This document shows positions 35,501-46,912 of a stretch of 64,000 bases of DNA, piece after piece. Each line of letters begins with the position of its first letter. Within the stretch, counting starts at the first letter, position 1. Below the pieces are notes generated by a model. It was not told the DNA's origin. It ran no database searches and saw only the letters and a list, made by a program, of their open reading frames with translations. A program made the translations under genes and the position numbers. Origin of the DNA: Leptogorgia sarmentosa (Eukaryota); assembly GCA_964658305.1 (NCBI GenBank), contig OZ210885.1:4216001-4280000 (forward strand), written 5' to 3'.

Positions 35501-36472
35501 AAATAAGTTGTAAATAAATTACCTGTAATAGTTGAATACATGTATATGCGAAAGGGGAAAGAAATTGATGAACATGGCTGGGATGTACAATCATTTTTGA
35601 AAGTATAGTTGGAAAACCAATGGTTTTAGGGTTAGGGAATATAGGGTTAGGGTATAGCGGAATATATGAAATACGTCTATATCAAGCCATATTGTCGTAT
35701 TCAAGTGTATTTGGTTGGCTTTCCCCTCGGCTACGTCATGCACACTTTTGCAGTATCTACTGGATAAAAATTATTGATGTAAAGCAAGTTTGTCCACCAG
35801 TATTTGCTACACAACGGATCGAAAAACTGGGTGTTCCAGTATTATTGGGACTCTGTCAGAAATCCCTACAGGTGAATTGAAAACATGATCACGAACATAT
35901 GTGAATTTTGCTCATAACTACAAACAATAATAGCATCCCTCCCCTCCCCCTCCTCATTCAATGTTGTTTTGCCAATCCATACACTATTGTACGCGAAAAT
36001 CAAATACTAACTACAGCTAGGGATAATCCCTATTGTGGGGGGATTAGCCTTCAAGTAAATGATGCGATATGGGGTATCTGCCCCACCACATTTGAAAACG
36101 ATTGTACCAACAGGGGTAGCAGACAGACTCCCAATGTTCAGCTCAGGGTATCAGGTATCGCTTGGCGCAAACATTGATGTTCTGGCGAACTTCCTCACTT
36201 TCAGCGACCTCAAATTTTGGCACTGAAAAAGCTCCCTCTCCTCTCTCAGAAATGCAGCTTGTATGCCTTATCCTATTACATGCAAAATTCTTCATAGTCA
36301 TTAAAGCCACCACAAGTGTATTCACAAGTTTCGTGTATGATTTTTAAAAAAATACATTGGTTAACTCTTTGGTAATAATGCAACAGAAGTTATTTTTATA
36401 TAGGTTGGAAATGCAGTTCCACCTCCAGTGGGGAAATGTCTCGGGTTGGCAATCAAACAAGCATTTCAATGA
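11511..36472 (+). CDS. DNMT1: Divergent DNMT1-family DNA (cytosine-5) methyltransferase, 31 predicted coding exons, 1076 aa (BAH1, BAH2, C5-MTase)
   Basis: Hand-spliced GT-AG exons, all phase-compatible, 3231 nt with no internal stop: 11511-11586, 12551-12670, 13335-13451, 13718-13817, 14244-14372, 16448-16505, 16579-16694, 17511-17562, 18057-18140, 18680-18804, 18968-19073, 19712-19806, 20137-20239, 20413-20480, 21824-21898, 22198-22246, 22823-22901, 23370-23454, 23887-23960, 24076-24194, 24381-24449, 25051-25111, 26876-27027, 28241-28369, 29105-29251, 32669-32827, 32991-33083, 33394-33560, 33641-33878, 35351-35467, 36404-36472. DNMT1 signatures: [70 protein letters not shown] (I), GGPPCQG (IV), ENV (VI), QSRHR (VIII), [34 protein letters not shown] (IX), QVGNAVPPP (X). 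Exons from 16448 on are homology-supported; the first five and the start codon are less certain. Confidence 0.93.
14545..14705. mobile_element. hAT-type MITE in a DNMT1-like intron (partial sister copy at 13921-14025)
   Basis: TIRs CAGGGCCGGCGCTAGAA / TTCTAGCGCCGGCCCTG; flanks ACATAAGC and GTATAAGC resemble a decayed 8-bp TSD. Confidence 0.7.
16890..17458. repeat. Minisatellite with a 20-21-bp unit (TTTTTGGACCATGAGTATTTC-like) and a higher-order repeat
   Basis: Over 25 tandem degenerate units; variant blocks (GACTATGGCTATCCC, GCACCATGAG, GACCAGGAG) recur in the same order. Confidence 0.95.
20957..21346. mobile_element. MITE with ~57-bp TIRs
   Basis: TTTTCCCTCTCGTAAACGGTCGTTGCCTTCCAAAACGGTCGATGCCTTCCCTGCTCGC matches the reverse complement of 21288-21346; internal TAGGGTT motifs; second copy at 2811. 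Confidence 0.85.
22409..22761. mobile_element. MITE (PIF/Harbinger-like termini)
   Basis: GTTACGTTTACATTGTATCGGATC ... GATCCGATACAATGTAAACGTAGC inverted termini. Confidence 0.7.
24853..25026. mobile_element. Small MITE with GCATAA micro-repeats
   Basis: AAAGCTGGTTCTCACTGAACATAAGC ... GCTTATGTTCACTGAGAACCAGCCTT inverted termini. Confidence 0.7.
27246..27318 (-). tRNA. tRNA-Thr(AGT)-derived pseudogene or repeat head
   Basis: GACCTCG TA GCTC AGTTGGTA GAGC A TTGGA CT-AGT-AA ACCAA AGGTC GCGGG TTCGATT CCCAC GGAGGCC A. A and B boxes are intact, but there are 2 acceptor-stem, 1 anticodon-stem and 1 T-stem mismatches. It lies inside an inverted-repeat element (27188-27421). Confidence 0.75.
28585..29012. 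mobile_element. MITE with TAG...CTA termini
   Basis: TAGAGACCTTACGATTGGCGT ... ACGCCAATCTTAAGGTCTCTA. Confidence 0.7.
29287..30061. mobile_element. 775-bp almost fully palindromic Tc1/mariner-type MITE
   Basis: TA|CAGGGTGTAT...ATACACCCTG|TA; arms of about 350 bp are near-perfect reverse complements. Confidence 0.92.
30066..31691 (-). mobile_element. Full-length Tc1-superfamily transposon (DD37E/TRT type), 1626 bp, intronic
   Basis: 28-bp TIRs CAGTACGTTCG(T/C)TTTGATTATGCAAATC with 1 mismatch, TA on both flanks, single transposase frame. Confidence 0.95.
30449..31462 (-). pseudogene. DD37E transposase (337 codons) with one premature stop
   Basis: MGKNRDL...[15 protein letters not shown]...FQHDNAPAH...WPPNSPD*NPIENLW. 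The TAA at 30653-30655 replaces the Leu of SPDLNPIE; 37 residues lie between the second D and the E. Confidence 0.92.
34068..34487. mobile_element. Palindromic MITE-like element
   Basis: ACTACCATTTGCAAGCAAACGCGAACGGCGAACATTTTA ... TAAAATGTTCGCAGTTCGCGGTTGCTTGCAAATGGTAGT. Confidence 0.75.
34927..35173. mobile_element. Tc1/mariner-type MITE
   Basis: TA|CAGGGGGGTGGACAAAAAATAGTGGCCCCCAG ... CTGGGGGCCACTTTTTTTTGTCCACCCCCTG|TA. Confidence 0.85.
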
Positions 36473-38019
36473 GCCCAAGTCTCTCCAAGAAGACCTGGCA
36501 TCTACTTATCATGGCACTGTGGGACATATGTGGACTAAATTGGCAGCCTGGCATACTAACATTGAACGGGGACACTACTTGCACTGAATCTTAAGCACAT
36601 GATATTAAAATGTGGTAGTGATACTGTTAGTCAGGTGTCGCATGAATTTGTGATGTGTAATTTTTTCATTTGATCTGACAGGGCTTTCCACATTAATCAT
36701 GGATTTGTTTTTCAAAAATTATGTTATTATAGAAAAATTATTTAACAATTATTGAATGGGGTTGAGCACGATATTAAACAATTATTGAATGAGGCCGAGT
36801 AGGATATGAGGAATTATTCAGGCCGAGGTTAGTGTTATCTGCCGAAGCCTGAGGCAGATAACACAAACCGAGGCCTGAATAATTCCCATATCGTACGAGG
36901 ACCGAATTTAATAATTGTTTTATTATTTATTTGTATATAGCGCTTGCAAAAACACGCAATTACAAGGTACTGGAAATAGAACAATAATATAGTGTTCGCA
37001 AGACTGAATAAGCCAATCAGACTACAAGAGAAAATGTTCTTATAGCTGTTGTACATTTCAAGGTCGCAGTCAGAGCAATTCAACATAGCTAAACAAAAAT
37101 TAAATCAAACAAATTTATTTCAACTCAATATAAACGTTTGGAAGAACCTTTCCTTTGAGGAAGCCATTTGTATTTTCCGCAATTTTCCCGCTTTTGGCAT
37201 ATGCAGAATAAATTAGTCGACGTCATAATGTCGTATAATTTCAATATACGACATAATTACGTCATAATGTCGTATATGAGGATTTATTGCACTGCTCTTA
37301 ACCAATCAAAACTCTTGAATTATTTGAAATAAATAATAAGAATTATCAAGCCCGAAGTTTCCGGTGTCAACCGAAGCTGAGTTTGATATCCGTAAACTGA
37401 AAACTTGATAATTCTTCATATCGTGCGAAAACAGAATTCAATAATTGTTTTATTATTTATTTTATTAATACTCAGAATATTTTAGTACATTCAGCACTAA
37501 ATTCTTCAAAATACTATCAACTTATTCTTTTGCTCTTGAAAAATGTTCTTACGTTTTCTTTCCAAAATACTCTGTCAATCCATGTCGATGTCTTTAGTTG
37601 TTGCCTTTTCCAGGTTCTTTTACGTTTTTTTGTCCAAAAATGTGCGACGGCACCATGTTGTTTCTGTTTAACATTCAACATAACAATGGCATCAGAGAGA
37701 TAATACGACTCTCGTTGTCAAGGTGATATGGCGCAAAGGTGCCAAATTGTAATAATATTCGTGCTACAAGTTTTATCTCAATCTCTAATTGCTTTATTTA
37801 TTTTTGTACGCCCCCGACTCTATGTCTATACATAGACATGTCTATACATAGACATGACTAACTAATGTCAATATGTTACCTCTTCCCTCTTAAAGCTAGC
37901 AGGATGTTATATAACGTAATATGAACGATTCGAATAAACGTGTCCGTGTTTATCATGGTTGATTACATTAGAGTTAGTTCAATGTATGTGAAATGTTTCA
38001 GTTTCTCTTATTTCATGAC

Positions 38020-38320
38020 GTAGTCGTTAGGCAATACTTTAGGTCTGTTTCATCTTCTGGACATTGGTGGATTGGTTGAGATCTGGTGCTTGTGGGACGG
38101 TTGGTTGTTCTTCATCAACATTCTCGGTTTGTTCAGCTATGGTTGGTGGTGGAATGTTTGTCTTTAGTAGATCGCGACGGTTTCATCTGTATTGCTGCTC
38201 ATCTAGTGTAGTGATAGTATATATGATCTTGAAACAAGGACTACTCCTGATACAATACCTGGTACCCAGATGCTGTTCTGACGTTGGTGGAAACTTTCTC
38301 CAATGTCAAGTGGTTGATGA
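38020..38320 (-). mobile_element. Ty3/Gypsy integrase C-terminal remnant
   Basis: Minus strand WVPGIVSGV...RSYI...QQYR*NRRDLLKT with a frameshift and stop; purine tract (minus strand) at ~37879-37892. Confidence 0.6.
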
Positions 38321-38324
38321 CAGC

Positions 38325-38965
38325 ATTATAATATAGTTCTCTTTGTCGTTTTTTGAGATATGGGCTGATGTGCTTGAGTAGACCAAGTCGCTTTGACAAC
38401 TGCTTGCATAAGTGATCGATGTGGGCCTCGTAAGTTAAACTTTTGTCAAGAGTTACACCCAGCAGCTTTTGGCAGGAAACTTGGTCTATTTGAGTGTTAC
38501 CCAGTTTGACAGCTAAAGCTAAATTTTCGTTGTCATTTTCTAATATTTTCTTCTCGAGACGCTTGCCAGTTACCAATAATGACTTCGTTTTGTCGGTGTT
38601 TATAATCATCCTATTTCGAGTCCACCATTCACTAATTTTATCAAGATCATTATTGATGTCTTGAACCACAGTTGGAATATCAGTCCAATGCGCACTCGCT
38701 GACAGTGTTGTGTCATCTGCAAAAATGTCAATTGATGTACGAGTTAAGTGTAATGGTAGATCATTCACAAACAACAGAAACAGTACAGGCCCCAGAACCG
38801 ATCCCTGGGGTACGCCTTGCTTGATGGGTAAACAATCGGACCGTTGTCTTTCAATGGTAACAAACTGAGATCTGTTAGTCACATACGACGTAAACCAAGA
38901 TAGTGCTGAATCACTAACTCTGTAAAGCTTTAGCTTGGTTAATAAAAGTTGATGATCCACAACAT
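38325..38965 (-). mobile_element. Non-LTR retrotransposon RT fragment (CR1/L2-like)
   Basis: DHQLLLTKL...GVPQGSVLGPVLFLLFVNDL...FADDT...KLLGVTLD. Confidence 0.9.
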
Positions 38966-38969
38966 CGAA

Positions 38970-39563
38970 AGCAGTAAGAGACAGTCGTCTGTCTCGAGAT
39001 CAACAACGGAAGCGGAGTATATTGCTCTAAGCAATGCATGTCAGGAAGGAGTTTGGTTAAGAAAGTTGATGTCCGACATTAAATTAAAAGAAGTGGAACC
39101 AACAACAATCTATGAGGACAATCAAGGAGCCATTCAACTATCAAGAAACCCAAAGTTTCATAATCGGACCAAACACATTGACATTGCGTATCATTTTGTT
39201 AGAGAACAAGTTAGTCGTAATGTAATTTCTGTTAAGTACTGTCCAACAGAGAAGATGGTAACTGATGTCATGACAAAACCATTACCAAGAGTATCATTTG
39301 AAAAATTTAGCGACTTGTTAGGAGTAAAGGAAATTAACTAACGGATACATTGGTCATAGGCTTTAGTTCAAGTTTGTGTTTTTAGTTGATCATTAAGTGG
39401 GAGTGTTGGATTCAGTATACTTCATGTTAGTATTTAGTAATAATCAACTATATACCTAAGTCACATGATATAGCAAGCACATGTTTTGTTGTAAGTAGAA
39501 AGCTGTTCATATTTCGACAAATAAAGATGGGTTAACTACTTTCGTTCGAAACACATTTTAACA
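38970..39563 (+). mobile_element. Ty1/Copia 3' fragment: RNase H, PPT and putative 160-bp LTR (39404-39563)
   Basis: SKRQSSVSRSTTEAEYIAL...YEDNQGAI...RTKHIDIAYHFVRE; AAGTGGGAG followed by TGTTGG...TTAACA with an internal AATAAA. Confidence 0.88.
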
Positions 39564-41629
39564 GAAAATGGTCCAATAAACGCTGGGTAAAAATCGTTCT
39601 TCAGCGGAACAAGTGCCTTACCCCTCCCCCCTTAATGTTTGATGTTTATTAGCCTTTGTATAGTGTTTTAGATGAAGTATTTGGGTAGTTTAGGTAGTTT
39701 GTTTGTCGGCAGCAATCTTTTTTACTTTTTATTCGGTGAAATTGTTATAGAGATTTGCTTTTGTTTTGTGTCATATTACTGAACAGTCTTGACTAAAATG
39801 ACTAAGGCTCATTCGGGTAGATTTGGAAAACGACGATTTTGTGGCAATCGCCACACTACAAGCCGGCAGAAAAGCGACGAAGGTCTTCAGGAGTACGCCA
39901 ACATGTGTGGACCCATCTTCTAGTGGTGCTGTCAACAGCAACATCACTTCTACTCCCGCAAGTTCGCCAGTACCCTCTGCTTCAGCAAGAAAAAGTCGTT
40001 ACACCAGAGCCTGTGGAGATTCAGGAAACTGAAGGAGAACCAAAGGGCTATCGACTGATCGATTTGTCAATTGTAAACGATTAGGGAATGTAAACGATTC
40101 ACTCTGGAATTGTTTGAAAACATTTCTAAACATAAAGGCTGTGCTTCTACCCTGGAGCTTCATTGCCAAGCATGTGTATGGAAAGAGGAATTCTACACTT
40201 CTGCCAAGATCAGTTACTTTTTTGAAGTAAACAGACGGTTGGTGTATGATATGAGGTCAGTTGGATGTGGTGGTACTGCTGCTGAAAGGTTCTGTGGTAT
40301 GATGAACATGCCACCAATACCCAGAGCATCACCATATGCTGTCCACAATAAAGCATTGATGAAAGTTGCCAAGGAGGTTTGCCAAGAAACCATGAGTGAG
40401 GCTGCCAAGGAAATTCATGTCGAAGCGAATATGACGTAGTCCATCCGGTGTCGGAGTCACTCATAAAAAGCAGTGGGGCTGCCATCGCAAAAAAAGCGCG
40501 GGAAATAGCCCCTGCATTATGCCTCTAACCGGGAGCCCCCGGCAAACAACTTCGACTTATTTTATAGCATGAGGTTCGTGGGCCGACAACATGCGAGATA
40601 AGCTAAAAAATTCTACAAGTACTGACTACTGGATATGTTGTTCCTAACCTCATAGACCTGACCTTGGTGGGTGCTAGAACTCCAACGTTGTTCGCTACCG
40701 GGCTGGGAACCATACATTTCTCCCTCGTATAATCAGAATTATAGGGGCACGACGCTAAGCGGCGCTGGTATAATTCAAATTATACTTCACACTCTCCGGT
40801 CGAAAGGCGAAGCAGAGGACGAAGTCACTGATTGCAGAATTTCCTGTGATGATACCTGGCAACGGCGAGGATTCTGTTCCTCGAACGGGGGTGTGACTGC
40901 CATTTCCATGGATACAGGAAAAGTCGTGGATGTGGAGGTGATGAGCAGATTTTGCAAAAAGTGCCAAAAGCATGAAGACGATCAAGAAACTCCAGAAAAC
41001 ATTGCCTGGAAGGCTGATCACAAGGCTAAGTGCAAGATTAATTTCCAGGGTTCCACACCAGCCATGGAGCCAGAAGGTGCAGTGAGGATTTTCAAACGTT
41101 CAGTGGAAACGAATAAGCTCCGCTACACAGAGTATTTTGGTGATGGTGACAGCAAGAGCCATACTGCTGTGGAAGAGATTTATAATACTGACAAAGATGC
41201 TGTCCCAGTACGAAAGAGTGTGTTGGCCATGTGCAGAAGAGGGTGGGGACAGCACTTAGGAAGTTCCGTAAGGAGAATAAAGGGATGGGTGGAAGAGGGA
41301 AACTGACAGATACAGTGATTGACAAGCTCCAAAATTACTATGGGATAGCTGTGAGGAGCAACCCTGGTGATCTTGGAGCCATGAAGAAGGCCATTTTGGC
41401 CAGTCTATTTCACTGTGTCTCTTCAGAAAAGAACAACTTGTTGATTTCATAACTTTAATAAACCCTTTTAATACAGTGAAATAAATTGTTCAACCTGTTA
41501 ACAATACAACAAAACACGAGGCATAAAAATAGATACGTAGAATGTTCGTACAAGAATGCATTGCGCAATATCAATTCAACACTCCTTCTCATTCGCAGTT
41601 CGAATGTTCATTTAGCTAAGTTTTACTAC

Positions 41630-44600
41630 TACACCTATAAGTTGTCGCAGCTTTTTAAATTGTTCTATTGCAATACCCTTTGTAAGTAGATCAGCTAACA
41701 TGTCATTTCACGGACAGTACAGTACATTTACTGTTTTCTTCCCAACTTGGTCTCGCACAAAGTGAAACCTTATGTCTATATGTTTAGACCGTCCATGATA
41801 TTGTGGACTCTTCAACATACAAATCCCAGATTGATTGTCCTCATAAATGGTTACTGGTGTCTCTACTTCTACGTTAAGACTTGCTAATAGTTGTCGCATC
41901 CATAAGGCCTCTTGAACGGCTGAAGATAAGGCAATATACTCAGCTTCTGCCGTTGATAAAGCCACGCATGTCTGCTTCTTGCTCCTCCAGCTGACCGCTC
42001 CACCATTCATGCTAAATACGTAACCAGAAGTTGACTTTCTGTCGTTTAAATCACCTGCCCAATCTGCATCGGAAAATCCAACACAATCAGGACTTAAATC
42101 GCACAAGTAGATCAATCCGTAATTTACAGTTCCTTTCAGATAGCGAAAAATCCGCTTTACAGCAATCCAATGCTCCTCTGCAGGATTTGCAGAAAACTTT
42201 GCAACGCTGTTTACTGCAAACGTGATGTGATGTCAGGTCGCGTGGCTGAGGAAAGGTACAATAAACTGCCTACTGCTGACTGATACTTCTCTTTGTTCAT
42301 TGGTTTACTGTCTTCCGTCCCTTTAACCAGCTTCAAACTAACATCGACAGGTGTTCTGCACTGCAGTCTGCCATACCAAACTTCTTTAGCATATTTTCCG
42401 AGTATGATGGTTGGCCAATCCATACCTTTCCATCTTTACGAACTACTTGTAGACCAAGGATATAATTGAGCTCTCCCATGTCCTTTACTCAAAACCTTTT
42501 AGCGATGCCTTTCTTGACTTCCACAATTTATTTACCGGCAAGGATGATGTCATCAACATGAACAGCGACTATGAAAATATTGTTATCTGTTTCCTTAACA
42601 TAAATACAAGGATCGCCTGGCGACTGTGAGAACCCAAGAGACTTCAAGTGTTCATCAAGAACAGAATTCCAGCATCTGGAGGATTGTTTCAATCCATACA
42701 AACTCTTTCTAAGCTTGAAAACACGATTCTCCTTCCCTGCAACCTCGAATGCTTCAGGCTGCTTCATGTACATGTCTTCTTCTAAATCGCCATTAAGAAA
42801 AGCGGCAGTCACATCCATTTGGTGCAAAATTAATCCTCGCTGAACAGATAAAGCTATCACTGTTCGTAGCGATTCAAAACGCACAACTGGAGAGAATGTT
42901 TCATCGTAATCCTCTCCGTATTTCTGTGAAAATCCTTGTGCAACCAGTCTAGCTTTATATCTTTCCACTGACCCATCGGCGTTGCGTTTTACTTTAAACA
43001 CCCATTTGCACCCAACAGCCTTTCGTTCATTTGGCAGTTCGACAAGTTCGTACACATCGTGTTCATTAAGAGAGTCAATCTCTTGTTGCATAGCTTTACT
43101 CCATTGTTTGGCTTGAGGACCTGACAACGCTTCACTCACTGTTGTCGGCTCAACAACTTCCTCACTAGCAACAGTTACCCATTCACGGTCAGGTGGGCGC
43201 CTTTCTTGAATTGGTTGACAGAGATTATTCTCAACATCATCAGCTTGGTAATCATCGACGTTATCTGCTTGATCGTTCTCAAGATCATCATCTGATAGTT
43301 CTAGAGTTACACGTTGATCAGGCTGATATGTGTTACCTGACGACTCTTTCTCAATACCAAACTCATTTTCATTGAATTTAACGTCGCGGCTATATATAAC
43401 TTTGCAACTTGCAGGATCATAAAGACGATATCCCTTGGTTTCAGTTCCATAACCAAGGAGTACACATTTCTTTGCTTTTGGATCGACCTTCTTTCTCTCA
43501 TCCTTTGGGATATATGCGTAAGCAGCACAGCCAAAACTTCTCATATGCTTAACTTCGGGTTTTCTTCCACTCCATGCTTCGAAAGGTGTCATGTCTGTGA
43601 TGCCTTTTGTTGGGCTTCTGTTGTGTAAATAGGCAGCAGTTGAGAGTGCTTCCACCCAAAATTTCTGAGGTAACTTGGACTGGATAAGCATAGCACGAAC
43701 AGCTTCTACCGGTGTTCTATTTAACCTCTCAGCAACTCCGTTTTGCTCCGGAGTTTTGGGAACAGTTAATTCATGCCTAACTCCTTCTGACTTTAGATAG
43801 TCCTCGAACTTGTTGGAAGTAAACTCACCACCATTATCAGTTCTGAGAATTTTTAACTTGTGACCAGACGATTTCTCCACGACAGCTTTCCATTCCAAGA
43901 AACAGCTGAAAACATCACTCTTTTGTTTTAATGGGTACACCCAAACATAACGCGTTTTGTCATCTGTGAATGTTAAAAAATATTTAGCACCACCAGCCGA
44001 CTTAGTGTTGATCTTTCCACATACATCACTATCTGCCCTCTTTGCACCAGTGTTAGGAAAAGGACAACGGTGTAATTTTCCTTTCACACATGCATCGCAA
44101 AACTCCAAATCCTTTTTGGCATCATAGTCTAGACCATCTACTAACTTGTCATTTGCCACTTTCCTTAACCTTTGAACTCCTAAATGTCCAAAGTGTTCAT
44201 GCCACAACATTTCATTGTCAAGTTTAGTTCCCTCTTGTACAGCATTAGAGCTTTGAACAACAGGTTTAAGATCTAAGTAGTACAGACAACCAACCTTTTG
44301 GGCAATAGCAATGATTTTCCCACCACTACAAGCAATGTTACACTTGGTTTCTTCAAAGTTAACCACTTTTCCAGCTTCAGTTACCTTGGACACACTTACA
44401 AGATTGTAGCTTAATTCTGGAACAAACAGTACATTGTAAAGTTTACAATCCTTGTGCTTACCATCCTCCAGATTAGTTTGCACAGAAACAGTTCCATTTC
44501 CAGTTGCACTTAATAATCTCAACAGCCTCATCAAATTCAACAAAGTCTTCAAACAAAGTTTTGTCATTTGACATATGACATGTTGCACCAGAGTCAACAA

Positions 44601-45405
44601 TCCAAGTTTCTTTGTTAATTTCAGAACCACTTGCTGCCAAACTCTGTACAACAAGTCCTAGACTTTCTGAATGAGTGCCTGGCTGACCTTTTCCAGCTTG
44701 ATTTCCTTTTGGCAAATGTGATTTTGCTTTCTCGGCATTTTTGTCCTTTAAATCTTTTCAAAAACGCCTTATGTGGCCAAGTTTTCCACAGTGATGACAT
44801 CTAACTGATTTTATATCAGTTTTCTCCGTTTTTGCTGCTACCATTACTTTACCACTAGGTTTGGATGGACTTTCTTGTTCACCCAATTTCTTTTCTTCGT
44901 AGAGTAATCTTTCAGTCACAACTTCCATCTGTGGAACTTCATTATTTGTTTCTAAAGCAGTGACAAGCATATCATAGCTTTCAGGAAGACTTGCAAGTAG
45001 AGTTACCACTTTATCTTCCTCTTGCATTGGTGCACCAATAACAGCTAAATCGTTAAATATTTCAGTCATAGCTTTAATATGACTTGACATAGAATTTCCA
45101 TCTTTCAGCCGTAGATTAATCAATCGCCGTCGTAAAGATCGCCACACTGTCACAGGGTCTTCAGGATCTCCGAGCAAGTATAACAGTGAAGTATCAACCG
45201 ACAGCACAATAATCGCCAGTGCTTTATCCTTACGGCTAATAAACTTCGCATACTTTTCAGCTTCTGTTGAAGCAGGAGCAGTTTCAGTCCCAGAAACAAT
45301 GCTCCACAGCCCGTCTTTCACGAGAGCCATACGACATTGGACTTTCCAAGTCCCATAGTTTGACCCTTTTAACGGAACAACCGTAACAGTTCTCGCTTCC
45401 GCCAT
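41630..45405 (-). pseudogene. Copia gag-pol polyprotein, frameshifted
   Basis: Gag with knuckle CHHCGKLGH, protease WIVDSGAT, integrase RTDNGGEF/QNGVAER, RT YKARLVAQGF and HVDD, RNase H DADWAGD; broken across ORFs 44758-45405, 44473-44715, 42528-44654, 42211-42423 and 41708-42115. Confidence 0.95.
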
Positions 45406-46912
45406 ATTTGTTTGTCATGTTTTTACTCCAGTTTCAAAATACAATTTCATCGATTTAATTTGTTGAAATATCTCGATTTATAGGCCTACTTTGGGGGCCA
45501 ATGTCGCCTAATGTCGCTGCGACAATGGGCGACATTTGGCGACATTGGGGATTTTCAAAGAAAATTCCTTGCGACATTAGGCAACATTAGGCGACATTAG
45601 GTTAGATAGATGGACAGTATTAGAAATATTTGTCAGCCCAGGGGCTGAATTGGGGGCCACGCCACAATGACCTGGGGTGCTTATGGACAATAATTGACAA
45701 ATTTGAATATTCCCATGATCTCCTAGCCTGGAGACCCACTACTATTCTAATAAAATACAAAAAATAGTAACTCTGAATAACATTGTTTATATTGTACAGA
45801 TGTTTGGACTTCAGCAATAATACAAGGAAGCAAAATGTTATTAGGAGTTAATATTCTTTTATGTGAGTTAATGAACATAAAAATCAAAAAATGTCAGTTA
45901 ATGAGCAGCTATTAATAAATAGCAAAGCAAGTAAATGCAAATCAGCAAGTATTTCAATACTGCAATTCATAATTGGTCAATTAATCAAGTTGTTTAATAT
46001 AGTTATACTCAGCTTATTGAAAAGTATAAACAGATAATAATTAATGCATTATATATTGCACATATTGCCCATGGAAGTATTATTTCTTTACCTTACTAAA
46101 TAACTGTCAACTATTCATTGATATTGTCATATAACTCATATTGAACTATTTAATCAGCATTCAGCCATCAGGGTCACCCTTGTTTGCTGTAAACGGACGC
46201 TTTGTAAGACCTTCCGGGATATGCAGTTGCCTCTAGGAAGTTTACCAAATGATGTATCGTTGGATATGAAAAGCATATCAGTGATTTAATCGTATTTATT
46301 ATCATTGAAAGAAACAAAGTCAATTTCATATTCTAAAAAGTCGTGTTTTCGCCATATTAGCCTGCGGACAGGCAAAATTGTTTCCATAAATGAATAGTAA
46401 CATTCAATTTCCACTTTTCGGCAAACAGATTACTGTGACCACTGACTGTGACGTAAGTGACGTTAAATTTCACAACGCGTATTAATTTACATATTTTTCG
46501 TAACAAGAACGCAATGGGTTAGTTCCTCTTCGTTATAGTCGGCAGGTTTTAATCTCGTTCGTTTGAAAATGACGGACTCGTCGTCTTCGTCTTCACCGAT
46601 TTATATGTCTAGCGACAATGAATCTGGTGAAAGCGAAGCACATGAAATGCCTTCCTGCTCTTCCAAGCGCAAGCACAGACGTTGCCGATCGCCCTCGCGT
46701 CATTCCCATAAAAAGGCCAACAAAAGGTCAAAACGATCATTTTCGCCGCAAGGAAGCAAAAAAAAGAAGAAAAAGAGTCGGCGTGACAATCGACATGGTG
46801 GTCCGAAAAAACCCAAAAAATCGGCAAAAAATAGTGACGCCAATAGGCCCAATACTGATGAGGACAGTGACGCTAGGCCAAAGAGTGCAAAGACGCGTGA
46901 TTCTAATAGGGA

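Noticed and set aside
25051..36472. Bacterial or phage C5-methylase acquired by horizontal transfer
   Set aside because: Spliceosomal introns, tandem BAH domains and DNMT1-specific TRD sequence indicate origin from a eukaryotic DNMT1.
38241..39341. Adjacent RT and RNase H ORFs as one retroelement
   Set aside because: Opposite strands and different classes (LINE RT vs Copia RNase H); they are juxtaposed fragments.
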